A program made the translations under genes and the position numbers. A DNA stretch of 64,000 nt from Iphione sp. A-MEVVRFRX5 (taxonomy: Eukaryota), in the NCBI GenBank assembly GCA_976226885.1, contig OZ320317.1, forward strand, positions 31,372,001 to 31,436,000. Reading direction: 5' to 3'. The notes below the pieces were generated by a model. The model was not told the origin of the DNA and made no database searches. It was given only the letters and a program-made list of their open reading frames with translations. Each line of letters opens with the position of its first letter. The stretch's first letter is position 1. Below, one piece after another: positions 63,436 to 64,000 of the stretch.

Positions 63436-64000
63436 TTATGCAACACATGATTTCGCAGCCACTAATGTCGTAGTATCCATTCTGGTGACCTTTCTGGAGT
63501 TAAAATTCAGATTTTTAGATCCAGTTGTCAGTTTTACAATCCAAACACCCTAATCTCATAAGGCAGTGATGCAGTTACTTGTTTCATGGACTGTATCTGC
63601 TACATTTTCTCATTCTTTAAGGAGGAAATTATGTTTATTGTTTGAGTTTGCTTCTTCATATTGTATTCCAATGAAAAGTCAATGAATATATAGCTTTATG
63701 ATATGGAAATATGATTCTATGATTTCTTATCTTCTTATACCTTTAAATACAAAATCCTTAAATATATAGTAAGCACTAAATAGCAGCAGCAGTAAATAGT
63801 ACGAAAACATGCCCAAGAATATTATCATTATCTCCAATAACGACACAATAATGCCATGTGAAAATAACACTTTATTACAGGGTCTGGATACCAGATGGGC
63901 ATATAGCCATCCTGAGGGGGTGGGTACGCTACCCACTACCTATCGCATTATCATATAGACAAACCTTCTTCTCTTGGCCTCCAACACAACATAAGCACTT

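Overview
Repeat-rich, gene-poor eukaryotic DNA with spliceosomal introns, MITEs, SINE/LINE relics and microsatellites. The repeat style suggests an invertebrate deuterostome such as amphioxus, but that is inference. The one clearly intact gene is a three-exon tyrosine-recombinase gene (exons 803/725-1166, 1289-1505, 1681-2650; 516-542 aa) of the Crypton DNA-transposon type. It has all catalytic motifs, an unexplained beta-rich N-terminal module, and a ~134-bp hairpin downstream. It lies head-to-head with a minus-strand promoter, non-coding first exon and intron that run off the left edge. The other ~60 kb holds several non-autonomous DNA-transposon families in 2-3 copies each, a free-standing ~133-bp palindromic element, tRNA-like relics, a decayed CR1/L2-type RT, minisatellites and low-confidence decayed gene fragments (ZIP transporter, class A GPCR, GIMAP G3 motif, EGF repeats). 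Most short ORFs in the supplied track look like noise.
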